A stretch of DNA of 64,000 bases from Gammaproteobacteria bacterium (GCA_965238225.1 OZ250183.1:1408001-1472000); one strand, 5' to 3'; shown: positions 1 to 10,853, numbered from the stretch's first letter. Program-made: numbers and translations. Notes: a model not told the origin generated them from the sequence alone.

Positions 1-246
1 AACCACTACTTGCGCACGCCATGTGGTTGGGGTTACGCTGGCATCAATAACAGGTGTATTGGTAGTAACACTGTTTACTGTTACAGAGTTTAGTGTCTCA
101 CCTGTCGCAAGGGTGCCGGTGATTTCTGGGGTGGTATCGTTGGTTGTTAGTGCGTCCACCGTGACAGCTTGAGCTGCCTGTGTAGAAAGACCTGTAAAAA
201 GACCTACAAGAAAAAAGACCAGTGCCTTACTGTTCAGTATTACCAT
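1..246 (-). CDS. 5' part of another secreted Ig-like repeat protein (runs off the window edge)
   Basis: Manual translation from ATG at 246: MVILNSKALVFFLVGLFTGLSTQAAQA-VTVDALTTNDTTPEITGTLATG...; signal peptide ending AQA; GAGGAA RBS; paralogous to the N-terminus of 3441..5819; open to position 1. Confidence 0.85.
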   Translation of the reverse strand, partial: MVILNSKALVFFLVGLFTGLSTQAAQAVTVDALTTNDTTPEITGTLATGETLNSVTVNSVTTNTPVIDASVTPTTWRAQVVV

Positions 247-337
247 AACATTCCTCAACCTTGCGATTACAGCAAACATCTTGTTGTTAAGAATGTTAAT
301 GATTAAAAGATGCAGTATTACACTAAAACTCTAAAGT

Positions 338-3300
338 CTAAAACTCAAGACCAAGCTCTAAGTCAAAACTGTCGGTGTGCCCTGAGTCTATGATCTCAGT
401 GCGCTCATAGCCTACTGAACCATAAGCGCCGGTTTGGGATTTATATTCAACACCGATACCAAACTTCAAGTTGTGTGTGGCACTGCCGTCTGTAGACAGG
501 GTGTATATTTGTCTGGTTGGGTCGCTCAGGTAATAAAGTTCAGCGTCAGAGCTCGGACTTATATCAGCACCGTATTCAACCACACCGAAGGGTCTCAGTG
601 CGCCTTGATTAAGCTCAATGAGATAGTCTACATCAAGCCCTGTGTACAGCACTAGGTTATTTATATCTTGTTTGTTGTAAGTCAGTGCAAAGTCTGAACC
701 AGATTCAGCAAAGTCTCCCAGACTGCTGTATGACACATTAACCCTGCCATAGGGAGAGAGGTTTATATCCTTTTGTTGGAATTTACCTCTGAAGGTCAAG
801 GATGCAAATATTTGTTTTATGTCACGGCTGCCTGTGAGTAATATATTGTCATTGCCACGGCGTTTTGTATCTACATTAATGCCGCCTACACCTATCATAC
901 CTTCAATGGCAGTGTTGTTGTGCAAGTCTAGGGCAGTGTAGACCGCAAAGCTTATGGCATCTGAATTCAGTGTTGTGTCGTTATTGCCAATCTCAACATC
1001 ACCTGTACCTAAGCTTACGGCAACACCTAAAAGCTGTTTGTCATTGGCTGTATATCTGTCTACGCCTAAGGAGATGTTTTGTGAGAAGCTGTCCTGTGCA
1101 GATGTGGTGGTGGTTGCATCATAATCACCTAGGGTGATATTGCCGGCAGTCCAGATTGCCCAAGTATCACTAATACTATCACTGATGCTGTTACCGCTTA
1201 AGGGGTTTAGGGCAGTCAGATGGCCTAAAGTATTGTCTAAAGTATTGTGTGCCAGTTTGGCAAATTCATTGGCGGCACGGTCGCTAAGCTCTTGTTTGAG
1301 CGCAGCAAACACAGACGTGCTGTGGTCGGCGTTATGCTTGGTATTATTGGCCAGTGTTCTTGCCATGTTGGCAAGGCGTGCTTGGCTCACAAGGCTATTT
1401 TCTTTGGGATTATTGGCCTTATATTCTGCCTTAAAGAGTGCGTCCAGTGTCGGATGTGCAAAGTTTAAGGTTATGCCTTGATGAGACAGGTTGTTGCTGC
1501 CTTTGTGGCGGCGTAACCAGTTCATGCGGTTGGTAATGGTGGTTACTGAGGTCTTAGTCCAGTCGACTGCTATATCAGCTTGCATGTTAACACCAGACAC
1601 AACATCTTTAACTGTTGCAGGGTCAGGGGTGGGCGGTGTTGCTGATACGCTAAAGCTAAAAGTAGCTTGCGTGGCATCACGGCTTGCGCGGTCTACAAAT
1701 GCGCCTACTGGGATATTGACTGTGTATTCTGCACTCAGATCAAGATTGTTGGACGGGTTGATGGTGACAGCATCAGTATCATTGGCTGTGACTTGTGCAC
1801 CTGTCACATCAAGTGCTATGGCGGTGCCGCCTGTAGGGGTTAAGGTGATGGTACCTGTGCCGGCGCTGACTCGCTCACTGAAATTCAGGATAATATCAAC
1901 ATTGGCTGGCACCTCTGTGGCACTGTCTGTAAGTGCATAGCTTGTATTGTCTCTACCAAATGCGTAGGTAGTTAAGCTCGGACTGGTGGTATCAGCGGTG
2001 ACAGTCAAGACAGCATTCGATGGGCTGGAAACATTACCAGCGCGGTCTTGTACAAATAATCTATAAGTGCCACTGGCTTGTGGTGCGTAAATAGCAGTAG
2101 CATTGCCCGCAGCACGGGTGATGGTGGTGCCTTCTGTAAAGTTTTGCGTAGATTGCGGTGCAAACCAGATGATATCATCAGCATTACCAGAACCTACAAC
2201 AGTAATCGCTGCGTTAGCCATGCCACTGACCGCACTGGCAAAGACTGTGTCTTGATCGGTGGGGGTAGCCGCTGTGGCTGATGTACCAAAGCGAAGGACT
2301 TCCACTATAGATGTAAAAGCGTTGCCGGCAAGGTCAGAGAATAATGATCCGATACTTAATACAACATCTCTACCCGCAATAAAGTTGATGCTTGGATCGA
2401 TGGTCACTGTATTGCCAGCCACTGTGATGCGTGGGTCTGCGCTGAGAATGGTTTCAGCTATAGGTGTAAGACCTAATGATACGCCTGATTGAATTAGGAT
2501 ATCGCCGCCCGCCACTTTCATGACTGCCTCATTAAAGGTCAAGATAATATTGGCATTGGTGGCAGCATTTGTTACTGTTTCGCTCTCGGTAAATAGATAT
2601 TGCCTGCCATCTCCGATGGCATAGGAGACCAATGCTGGTCTTGTGCCGTCAATGGCGAGTTCGTTGCTGGTGGTGTCTGTGCCGATATTGCCAGTTGCAT
2701 CGGTGAATGTTGCACTAACCTCATAGCTGCCATCAGCAAGTGCATTGGCACTTGCCACTGTAAAAGACCAAGTGCCATCTGTAGCAACAGTGGGTGTGTA
2801 GGTAACAGCGTTTAGCGTCACAGAAAGGCTTTCTCCTGTGCCAAGTGCTATGCCTGTGTCTGTTGTGCCGGTGATGGTTGGGGTGGTGTCATTGGTGGCT
2901 AGTGCGTCAACTGTGGGTACAGGCGCTGTGTTGTCTATGGTAATGGTGGTCCCTGCGGTAGGGGTTGCGGTGATGGTGTTGCCTGCTAAGTCTGTGCCTG
3001 TGCTTAGGGTGAAGCTTTGTGCACCATCACCTGCGCCTACTGTCCAGTCATAGTTATAGGTTGTTGCATTGTGTTTTGTCATGTTGGCGGCAGCAATGTT
3101 CTCTACACCAGAGCCTGTGATTTGCATGACAGGGCTATCTGCCATGGGCTCGTCGAATTTGGCATTAACAATTATGGCATCCCCTGCTTTTACGACACTG
3201 ACAATGATATTACCGCCAGTTTGTTTCAAGTAATAGCGCAGGTAGGCTGTGGGGGCTGTATTGTCTACGCTTAAGGTGGCGGTTGATGGGCTAGAGACAT

Positions 3301-3508
3301 TGCCTACGCTGTCTTGTATAAATAATTTATAGTCGCCTGTGGTTGTGGGGGCTGTAATTGAAGTGGCAGTGCCTGTGGCACGGGTGATGGTGTTGCCTAT
3401 GACAAAGTTTGTGGTGCCTGCTGGGGCAAACCAAACGCTGTTACTTGCATCGCCCGAGCTTGTCGATGGGGACTGTCGCACTGCCGGCAACAGCCCTGCT
3501 GGTAGCAA
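338..3508 (-). CDS. Autotransporter adhesin, C-terminal part (Ig-like modules plus beta-barrel translocator); joins 3441..5819 across a 1-nt frameshift at ~3464
   Basis: Thr-rich Ig-like repeats, then amphipathic beta-strands ending FDLELGLEF (terminal Phe); no signal peptide of its own; the ORF begins in the middle of a repeat. Confidence 0.85.
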   Translation of the reverse strand: MLPAGLLPAVRQSPSTSSGDASNSVWFAPAGTTNFVIGNTITRATGTATSITAPTTTGDYKLFIQDSVGNVSSPSTATLSVDNTAPTAYLRYYLKQTGGNIIVSVVKAGDAIIVNAKFDEPMADSPVMQITGSGVENIAAANMTKHNATTYNYDWTVGAGDGAQSFTLSTGTDLAGNTITATPTAGTTITIDNTAPVPTVDALATNDTTPTITGTTDTGIALGTGESLSVTLNAVTYTPTVATDGTWSFTVASANALADGSYEVSATFTDATGNIGTDTTSNELAIDGTRPALVSYAIGDGRQYLFTESETVTNAATNANIILTFNEAVMKVAGGDILIQSGVSLGLTPIAETILSADPRITVAGNTVTIDPSINFIAGRDVVLSIGSLFSDLAGNAFTSIVEVLRFGTSATAATPTDQDTVFASAVSGMANAAITVVGSGNADDIIWFAPQSTQNFTEGTTITRAAGNATAIYAPQASGTYRLFVQDRAGNVSSPSNAVLTVTADTTSPSLTTYAFGRDNTSYALTDSATEVPANVDIILNFSERVSAGTGTITLTPTGGTAIALDVTGAQVTANDTDAVTINPSNNLDLSAEYTVNIPVGAFVDRASRDATQATFSFSVSATPPTPDPATVKDVVSGVNMQADIAVDWTKTSVTTITNRMNWLRRHKGSNNLSHQGITLNFAHPTLDALFKAEYKANNPKENSLVSQARLANMARTLANNTKHNADHSTSVFAALKQELSDRAANEFAKLAHNTLDNTLGHLTALNPLSGNSISDSISDTWAIWTAGNITLGDYDATTTTSAQDSFSQNISLGVDRYTANDKQLLGVAVSLGTGDVEIGNNDTTLNSDAISFAVYTALDLHNNTAIEGMIGVGGINVDTKRRGNDNILLTGSRDIKQIFASLTFRGKFQQKDINLSPYGRVNVSYSSLGDFAESGSDFALTYNKQDINNLVLYTGLDVDYLIELNQGALRPFGVVEYGADISPSSDAELYYLSDPTRQIYTLSTDGSATHNLKFGIGVEYKSQTGAYGSVGYERTEIIDSGHTDSFDLELGLEF

Positions 3509-5819
3509 AGACTGTGTTTTGATTGGTGGGCGCTTGTGTGTCTACGCTTAAGCTCGCGGTTGATGGGCTAGAGACATTACCTGCGCTGTCTTGTACAAAT
3601 AATTTATAGTCGCCTGCTGTTGCAGGGGCTGCAATTGAAGTGGCAGTGCCTGTGGCGCGGGTGATGGTGTTGCCTGCAACAAAGTTTGTGGTGCCTGTTG
3701 GGGCAAACCAAACGCTGTTACTGGCTACGCCTGAGCTTATGATGGGGACTGTCGCACTGCCGGCAACAGCCCTGATATTAGAATTAAAGACTGTGTTTTG
3801 ATTGCTGGGGCTTAAGTTGTCTACGGTGATGCTGGCACCAGATGTGGGGGTTGCGGTGACTGTATTGCCTGTTAAGTCTTGCCCTTGGCTTAAAGTGAAT
3901 GTTTGTGTGCCATCGCCAGTACCGACTGTCCAAGCATAGGTGTAGGTTGTTGCATTGACCCTTGTCATGGTGGCGGCAGAGACAGTATGTGCGCCAGTGC
4001 CGGCAATGCGCATGGCAGGGCTACCTTTCATAGACTCAGAAAAGGCAGCAGTGATGGTGATGTTGGTGCCTTGGTTTACCTGTGTGGCAGTATTAGTGCT
4101 TGTGCCATAGGTATAAGCAAGGGTGGCTGTGGGGGCTGTGTTGTCTACGATGATGCTGGCACCTGAGACAGGGGTCGCGGTGATGGTATTGCCTGCTAAG
4201 TCTGTGCCGTCGCTTAGGGTGAATGTTTGTGTGCCATCACCAGTACCGACTGTCCAAACATAGGTATAGCTTGTTGCATCAACCCTTGTCATGTTGGCGG
4301 CAGAGACAGTATGTGCACCAGTGCCTGTAATCTGCGGGATAGGGAATAATGCTATGTCCTCATTAAAGTCAGCAGTGATGGTGATGCTGGTGCCTTGGCT
4401 TACGCGTGTGGCAGTATTAGTGCTTGTACCATAGGCATAAGTAAGGATGGTTATCGGGCTTAGGTTGTCTACGGTTAAGGTGGCCGTTGATGGGCTAGAA
4501 ACATTGCCTACGCTGTCTTGTACAAATAATTTATAGTCGCCTGCTGTTGCAGGGGCTGTAATCGAAGTGGCAGTGCCGCTTGCAGCGCGGGTTATGGTGC
4601 TACTTGCACTAAAGTTTGTAGTGGTGGCTGGGGCAAACCAAACGCTGTTACTGGCTACGCCTGAGCTTATGATGGGGACTGTCGCACTGCCGGCAACAGC
4701 CCTGCTGGTAGCAAAGACTGTGTTTTGATTGGTGGGGGCTGTATTGTCTACAGTAATGCTGGCACCAGATGTGGGGGTTGCGGTGACTGTATTGCCTGTT
4801 AAGTCTTGCCCTTGGCTTAGAGTGAATGTTTGTGTGCCATCACCAGTACCGACTGTCCAAGCATAGGTATAGCTTGTTGCATTGACCCTTGTCATGTTGG
4901 TGGCAGAGACAGTATGTGCGCCAGTGCCGGCAATGCGCATGGCAGGGCTACCTTTCATAGACTCAGAAAAGGCAGCAGTGATGGTAATGCTATCTCCTGC
5001 TTTTACCCGTGTGGCAGTATTAGTGCTTGCGCCATAGGTATAAGCAAGGGTGGCTGTTGGGGCTGTGTTGTCTACGATGATGCTGGCACCTGAGACAGGG
5101 GTCGCGGTGATGGTATTGCCTGCTAAGTCTGTGCCGTCGCTTAGGGTGAATGTTTGTGTGCCATCATTTGCGCCTACTGTCCAAGCATAGGTATAGCTTG
5201 TTGCATCAACCCTTGTCATATCTGTTGCAGAGACAGTATGTGCGCCAGTGCCTGTAATCTGCGGGACAGGGAGTAATGCCATGTCCTCATTAAAGGTGGC
5301 GGTGATGGTGATGCTGGTGCCTTGGCTTACGCGCGTGGCAGTATTAGTACCCGTACCATAGGTATAAGCGAGGGTGGCTGTGGGGGTTGTGGTATCTATT
5401 GTAAGTGTTGCGTTGGTTGCACTGACAATGCCTCCTGCAAAGATTGTTGCAACGACTGCGTAAGTGCCTTCATTAAGTGCATTAAGAACCGCTACTTGCG
5501 CACGCCATGTGTTTGGGGTTACGCTGTTATCAATAACAGGTGTATTGGTAGCAACACCGTTTACCGTTACACCGACTAGTCCATCACCTGTCGCAAGTGT
5601 GCCGGTGATTGTTGGCGTTGTATCGTTGGTTGTTAGTGTATCAACCGTAATAGCTCGAGCCGCCTGTGCAGACAAAGCTGCAAGAAAAAAGACCAGCGCC
5701 AAGCGTTTTGTTAAGTTTATCATGCTGCCAAGACCCCCAAGCGTATTACTTGGAATCTTGTTTGTGGTGGTGCTTAATTTACCAATTAACTGCATAGGTT
5801 TACTCTTCAGTATTACCAT
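3441..5819 (-). CDS. Autotransporter adhesin, N-terminal part (signal peptide plus Ig-like repeats)
   Basis: Signal peptide KRLALVFFLAALSAQAARA; internal ~100-aa repeats; frame breaks at ATVPI where sibling repeats continue ATVPIISSG; alternative start ATG 5723. Confidence 0.85.
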   Translation of the reverse strand: MVILKSKPMQLIGKLSTTTNKIPSNTLGGLGSMINLTKRLALVFFLAALSAQAARAITVDTLTTNDTTPTITGTLATGDGLVGVTVNGVATNTPVIDNSVTPNTWRAQVAVLNALNEGTYAVVATIFAGGIVSATNATLTIDTTTPTATLAYTYGTGTNTATRVSQGTSITITATFNEDMALLPVPQITGTGAHTVSATDMTRVDATSYTYAWTVGANDGTQTFTLSDGTDLAGNTITATPVSGASIIVDNTAPTATLAYTYGASTNTATRVKAGDSITITAAFSESMKGSPAMRIAGTGAHTVSATNMTRVNATSYTYAWTVGTGDGTQTFTLSQGQDLTGNTVTATPTSGASITVDNTAPTNQNTVFATSRAVAGSATVPIISSGVASNSVWFAPATTTNFSASSTITRAASGTATSITAPATAGDYKLFVQDSVGNVSSPSTATLTVDNLSPITILTYAYGTSTNTATRVSQGTSITITADFNEDIALFPIPQITGTGAHTVSAANMTRVDATSYTYVWTVGTGDGTQTFTLSDGTDLAGNTITATPVSGASIIVDNTAPTATLAYTYGTSTNTATQVNQGTNITITAAFSESMKGSPAMRIAGTGAHTVSAATMTRVNATTYTYAWTVGTGDGTQTFTLSQGQDLTGNTVTATPTSGASITVDNLSPSNQNTVFNSNIRAVAGSATVPIISSGVASNSVWFAPTGTTNFVAGNTITRATGTATSIAAPATAGDYKLFVQDSAGNVSSPSTASLSVDTQAPTNQNTVFATSRAVAGSATVPIDKLGRCK

Positions 5820-5946
5820 AACATTCCTCGAAATAGGCTGTAGTCGATGACTTTAAGAGTTCTGCACGACTTTGCATGACTTTGCGATTATAGCGAACAT
5901 CTGCTGTAGAATACAATACTTAAAGATGCAAGTATTACACTAAAGC

Positions 5947-6032
5947 CTAAAACTCCAAGGTCAACTTCTAAATCGAAACTGTCTGTATGTCTTGAGTTTA
6001 TGGCTTCAATACATGTAGCTTGCCGTGCCCAC
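5947..6032 (-). pseudogene. Relic of an autotransporter barrel C-terminus
   Basis: Translates IEAINSRHTDSFDLEVDL, then after 1 extra nt EF-stop; matches TEIIDSGHTDSFDLELGLEF-stop at 338..400. Confidence 0.75.
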
Positions 6033-6056
6033 AGATCGTGTTCCTAGGTAGGTTGG

Positions 6057-9000
6057 TTATGTGTCGTACCGTCCTGCAAATGACTTGCAATTGTTTAAAT
6101 ACACTTCTATTGTGCCGCCGGATGTAGGTTCGCTCACCACCACATTGCCTGCTAAGTCTGTGCCTCGGCTTAGTGTGAATGTTTGTGTGCCACCATCAGT
6201 GTTCACCGCAGTCCAGAGATAGTAATAGGTTCTTACGTTGATAACTCTTGTCATGCTGGCAGCAGCAATGCTATCTACACCAGTGCCTGTAATTTGCGCG
6301 GTAGGGAATAATGCCATGTCCTCATTAAAGGTGGCGGTGATACGTACCACATCCCCTACGTTTACTCGAGTCACAGCCCTGTCATCTACAGAATAAGTGA
6401 GTACGGCAGTAGGAGACGTGGTATCTTTTACTGTAATTGTAGCACCAGATGTAGGTTCGCTAACTACCATATTACCAAATAAGTCCATGGCATGGCTTAG
6501 TGTAAATGCCTGTATGCCACCACCTGTGCCTACTGTCCATTCATAAATGAATGTTTGTATATAGGCGTAGGGCCATCTATCTAGATCTGCCCATGCCATG
6601 TTTGTTGCCGGAATGTTATTTGCACCAGTGCCTGTGATTTTTATGCCATCACTACCTTCCGTGATATCTACTACCAATTCACTGAAGGTAGCAACAACGG
6701 TGACGACATCCCCTGCTGTTACTTGACTTACAGGAGTACCATAGGGACCATCTATGAAATAACGGAGTCCAACTGTTGGGTTTGTAGTATCTTTTTTTGA
6801 ATTAAAGCCAAACGTTGTGAAGCCGAAAGAGTTGCCTGTAAGATCATCAAATGCTGTCGCTTGAATATTCACTTGAATATATTCACCATTCTGCCTATCA
6901 AAGGGGATTAATGGGTCAATGGTGAGTGTATTAGTACCATAACCTGTGATCTGTCTGACGGATGCGTTGAGGTCTTCGAGGGTGGGGGGATACTTCAAGT
7001 TCACTTCTCTCCTGCTGCTGTGAATAATATGGACATTACCTGAACCTTTGGCGACTGGCTCATCAAAGATCAGAACAATATTGTTGAATGCAGCAACACC
7101 TGTTGCACCATCTGCAGGTGAGTGTGATACAAGTGTCGGCGCTATGGTATCTATCATAAGTTCGTTTGTTGTAGTGTCTGCGCCAGTGTCACCTGCTGCA
7201 TCAGTGATTGTTGCAGTGATGTCGTAAGTGCCATCAGCAAGTGTATTGGCTGTCAAACTCCATGTGCCATCTGTAGCAACAGTGGGTGTATAGGAAACAG
7301 AGTATATTTCTACAGAAAGGGTTTCGCTTGAACTAAGTGCTGTGCCTGTGCCTGTAGTGCCTGTGATTGTTGGTGTTGGGTCATTGGTTTCTTGTGTATT
7401 AACCGTGGGTGTAGACTTAGCAGCATTATTATTCACTGTAATGGTGACACTAGATGTGGGTTCCATCACATTACCTGCTAAGTCTGTGCCTTGACTTAGT
7501 ATGAATTTTTGTTCGCCATGGGCATCACCTACTGTCCAAAAATAGTAATAGGTTGTTGCGTTGAATTTTGTCATGTTGGTGGTGGCAGTAGGATCTACGC
7601 CAGTACCTGTAATTTGCATGGCAGGCGTATCTGCTATGTCCTCACTAAACGTAGCATTGACAATGATGACATCCCCTGCTTTTACTTCAGTAAAACCGTA
7701 ACTAATGCCGTTTATTCTTTTGTAAGAACGGACATCGGCTGTAGGGGCTATGGTATCTTTTATGGTAAGTTCATTTGTTGTAGTGTCTGTGCTGATATTA
7801 CCTGCTGCATTTGTGATTGTTGCAATGACGTTATAGGTGCCATCAACAAGTGGTGTATTGGCTGTAAAAGACCATGTGCCATCTGTAGCAACAGTGGGTG
7901 TATAGCTTGTGCCATCTAACGCTACAGAAAGGGTTTCTCCTGTAGTAAGTGCTATGCCTGTGCCCGTAGTGCCTGTGATGACAGGGGTTGTGTCATTGCT
8001 GGTTTGTGCATTAACCGTGGGTGTCGCAGGGGCTATGTTATCCACTGTAATTGTGGCAGATGCAGGTGTTATTACATTGCCTGCTAAGTCTGTGCCTTGG
8101 CTTAAGCGAAATGTTTGTGTGCCATCACCTGTGCCTACTGTCCAAAAATAGCGAAAGGTTCTATTGCTATATCTTATCATATCGGTGGTAGCAATAAAAT
8201 TTACCCCCGTGCCTGTGATTTGTATGGGAGGACTATCTGCTATGTCCTTATTGAATTCGGCATTGATAATGATGACATCCCCTGCTTTTACCTTAGAAAA
8301 CTCGGTAAGACCGTAACTAATGCCGTTTATACTGAGGTAAGCATGAACATCGGCTGTAGGGGCTGTGGTGTCTATGGTAAGTTCGTTTGATGTAGTGTCT
8401 GTGCTGATATTGCCTGTTGCATCTGTGAATGTTGCAACGACTTCGTAGGTTCCGCTGGTAAGTGCATTAGCATTACTTACTGTAAAAGACCATGTGCCAT
8501 CTGTAGCAACAGTAGGTGTGTAGCTTGTGCCATCTAACGCTACAGAAAGGGTTTCTCCTGTAGTAAGTGCGCTACCTGTGCCTGTTGTGCCTGTGATGAT
8601 AGGGGTTGTGTCATTGCTGGTTTGTGCATTAACCGTGGGTGTCGTAACAGGGGCTGTGGTATCTACGGTAAGCTCGTTTGATGTAGTATCTGTGCTGACA
8701 TTGCCTGCTGTGTCTGTGGCTGTTGCAGTGATGTCGTAAGTACCATCAGCAAGTGTATTTGCTGTAAAGTGCCATGTGCCATCTGTAGCAACAGTGGCTG
8801 TGTAGGTTTCACCATTTAAGGCAACAGAGAGTGTCTCACCTGTAAGAAGTGCGCTACCTGTGCCTGTTGTGCCTGTGATGACAGGTGTGCTGTTGTTGCT
8901 GGTTTGTGCATTAACCGTGGGTGTCGCAGGCGCTATGGTATCTACTGTAAGTTCGTTTGATGTAGTGTCTGTGCTGATATTGCCTGCTGCATCTGTGAAT

Positions 9001-10853
9001 GTTGCAACGACTTCGTAGGTTCCGCTGGTAAGTGCATTAGCATTACTTACTGTAAAAGACCATGTGCCATCTGTAGCAACAGTAGGTGTATAGGTTTCAC
9101 CATTTAAGGCAACAGAGAGTGTCTCACCTGTAAGAAGTGAGTTACCTGTGCCTGTTGTGCCTGTGATTTCAGGGGTTGTGTCATTGCTGGTTAGTGTATT
9201 GACTGTAGGGGTAGCAGGGGCTGTGGTGTCTATTATAAGCTCGTTTGATGTAGTGTCTGTGCTTACATTACCTGCTGTGTCTGTGACTGTTGCAGTGATG
9301 TCGTAAGTACCATCAGCAAGTGTATTGGCTGTAAAAGACCATGTGCCATCTGTAGCAACAGTGGGTGTGTAGGTTTCACCATTTAAGGTAATAGAGAGTG
9401 TCTCACCTGTAAGAAGTGAGTTACCTGTGCCTGTTGTGCCTGTGATGACAGGGGTTGTGTCATTGCTGGTTAGTGTATTAATCGTGGGTGTAGTAACAGG
9501 GGCTGTGCCTATCACTGTAATGGTGTTAGACGTGGTTTCGACAGTGTCCGTGCCTTGGTGGGTTAAAGTAAATGTTTGTATGCCAACAGCACCATCGTTG
9601 ATTGTCCATGAATAGTAATAGAGCTCTCCGAGACTATCACTAGAGTATCTCATCATACTGGTTGCAGGAAAGCTATGTGCGCCAGTACCTGTGATTTCTA
9701 TACTAGGACTATCTGCCCATACTATTCCTCCAAGGTCTGTGGCAATGACAAATGCAGTATTCCCTGCTTCTACTTGAGTAACAGGCTGACCATTCATCAA
9801 ATAAATGAGTGTAGCTTCGGGTGCTGTGGTATCTGTTGTTATGGTTGTAATGCTTATACTGATACCAGCATAAGCATTACCTGCGCTGTCTGTGAAAGCT
9901 GTGTTGGGGGCAGTAATGCTATAGCTGGTATTTGCCAACAGAATATTTGTTGGATCAATGGTAATTTTATTAGTACCTTCTCCTGTTACCTGTGTGCTTG
10001 TTATAGGAATATTTATAGCAGTACCACCTTGAGGTGCTAGGGTGATATTGCCTGTGCCTATGGTAATTTCTTCATTAAAGGTCAGCACAATATTACTGTC
10101 TAATGGAACATTAGTTGCATTATTTGCAGGTGTAAAGGATGTTAATGTCGGAGCTGTGTTGTCTACGGTAAGTTCGTTTGATGTAGTGTCTGTGCTGACA
10201 TTGCCTGTTGCATTAGTGAATGTTGCAGTGATGTTGTAAGTGCCATCAGCAAGTGTATTGGCTGTAAAAGACCATGTGCCATCTGTAGCAACAGTAGGTG
10301 TATAGGTTGTACCATTTAAGGTAATAGAGAGTGTCTCACCTGTAAGAAGTGCGCTACCTGTGCCTGTTGTGCCTGTGATGACAGGGGTTGGGTCATTGCT
10401 GGTTTGTGTATTAATCGTGGGTGTAGTAACAGGGGTTATGCCTATCACTGTAATGGTGTTAGACGTGGTTTCGACAGTGTCCGTGCCTTGGTGGGTTAAA
10501 GTAAATGTTTGTATGCCAATAGCACCATCGTTGATGATCCATGAATAGTAATAGATCTCTCCGAGACTATCACTAGAGTATCTCGTCATACTGGTTGCAG
10601 GAAAGCTATGTGCGCCAGTACCTGTGATTTCTATGCTAGGATTATCTGCCCATACTATATCCATGCATGAGTTTCTTCCAAGGTCTTTGGCAATGACAAA
10701 TACATTATTCCCTGCTTCTACTTGAGTAACAGGCTGACCATTCATCAAATAAATGAGCTTAGCTGTGAGTGCTGCCTGTGCTACCTGTGCAGAAAATCCT
10801 GCAAGGAGAAAGACCAGTGTGAGACGTTTTAGTAGATTAGCTTTGCCTAACAT
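6057..10853 (-). CDS. Secreted Ig-like repeat protein (adhesin-like, 1598 aa) lacking a beta-barrel or anchor
   Basis: Signal peptide MLGKANLLKRLTLVFLLAGFSAQVAQA; Big_13-like modules (TPTVNTLTSNDTTP.ITGT...DGTWSFT), SbsA-type Ig modules (PANNATNVPLDSNIVLTFNE) and variable B modules; ends NNCKSFAGRYDT. Confidence 0.85.
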   Translation of the reverse strand: MLGKANLLKRLTLVFLLAGFSAQVAQAALTAKLIYLMNGQPVTQVEAGNNVFVIAKDLGRNSCMDIVWADNPSIEITGTGAHSFPATSMTRYSSDSLGEIYYYSWIINDGAIGIQTFTLTHQGTDTVETTSNTITVIGITPVTTPTINTQTSNDPTPVITGTTGTGSALLTGETLSITLNGTTYTPTVATDGTWSFTANTLADGTYNITATFTNATGNVSTDTTSNELTVDNTAPTLTSFTPANNATNVPLDSNIVLTFNEEITIGTGNITLAPQGGTAINIPITSTQVTGEGTNKITIDPTNILLANTSYSITAPNTAFTDSAGNAYAGISISITTITTDTTAPEATLIYLMNGQPVTQVEAGNTAFVIATDLGGIVWADSPSIEITGTGAHSFPATSMMRYSSDSLGELYYYSWTINDGAVGIQTFTLTHQGTDTVETTSNTITVIGTAPVTTPTINTLTSNDTTPVITGTTGTGNSLLTGETLSITLNGETYTPTVATDGTWSFTANTLADGTYDITATVTDTAGNVSTDTTSNELIIDTTAPATPTVNTLTSNDTTPEITGTTGTGNSLLTGETLSVALNGETYTPTVATDGTWSFTVSNANALTSGTYEVVATFTDAAGNISTDTTSNELTVDTIAPATPTVNAQTSNNSTPVITGTTGTGSALLTGETLSVALNGETYTATVATDGTWHFTANTLADGTYDITATATDTAGNVSTDTTSNELTVDTTAPVTTPTVNAQTSNDTTPIITGTTGTGSALTTGETLSVALDGTSYTPTVATDGTWSFTVSNANALTSGTYEVVATFTDATGNISTDTTSNELTIDTTAPTADVHAYLSINGISYGLTEFSKVKAGDVIIINAEFNKDIADSPPIQITGTGVNFIATTDMIRYSNRTFRYFWTVGTGDGTQTFRLSQGTDLAGNVITPASATITVDNIAPATPTVNAQTSNDTTPVITGTTGTGIALTTGETLSVALDGTSYTPTVATDGTWSFTANTPLVDGTYNVIATITNAAGNISTDTTTNELTIKDTIAPTADVRSYKRINGISYGFTEVKAGDVIIVNATFSEDIADTPAMQITGTGVDPTATTNMTKFNATTYYYFWTVGDAHGEQKFILSQGTDLAGNVMEPTSSVTITVNNNAAKSTPTVNTQETNDPTPTITGTTGTGTALSSSETLSVEIYSVSYTPTVATDGTWSLTANTLADGTYDITATITDAAGDTGADTTTNELMIDTIAPTLVSHSPADGATGVAAFNNIVLIFDEPVAKGSGNVHIIHSSRREVNLKYPPTLEDLNASVRQITGYGTNTLTIDPLIPFDRQNGEYIQVNIQATAFDDLTGNSFGFTTFGFNSKKDTTNPTVGLRYFIDGPYGTPVSQVTAGDVVTVVATFSELVVDITEGSDGIKITGTGANNIPATNMAWADLDRWPYAYIQTFIYEWTVGTGGGIQAFTLSHAMDLFGNMVVSEPTSGATITVKDTTSPTAVLTYSVDDRAVTRVNVGDVVRITATFNEDMALFPTAQITGTGVDSIAAASMTRVINVRTYYYLWTAVNTDGGTQTFTLSRGTDLAGNVVVSEPTSGGTIEVYLNNCKSFAGRYDT

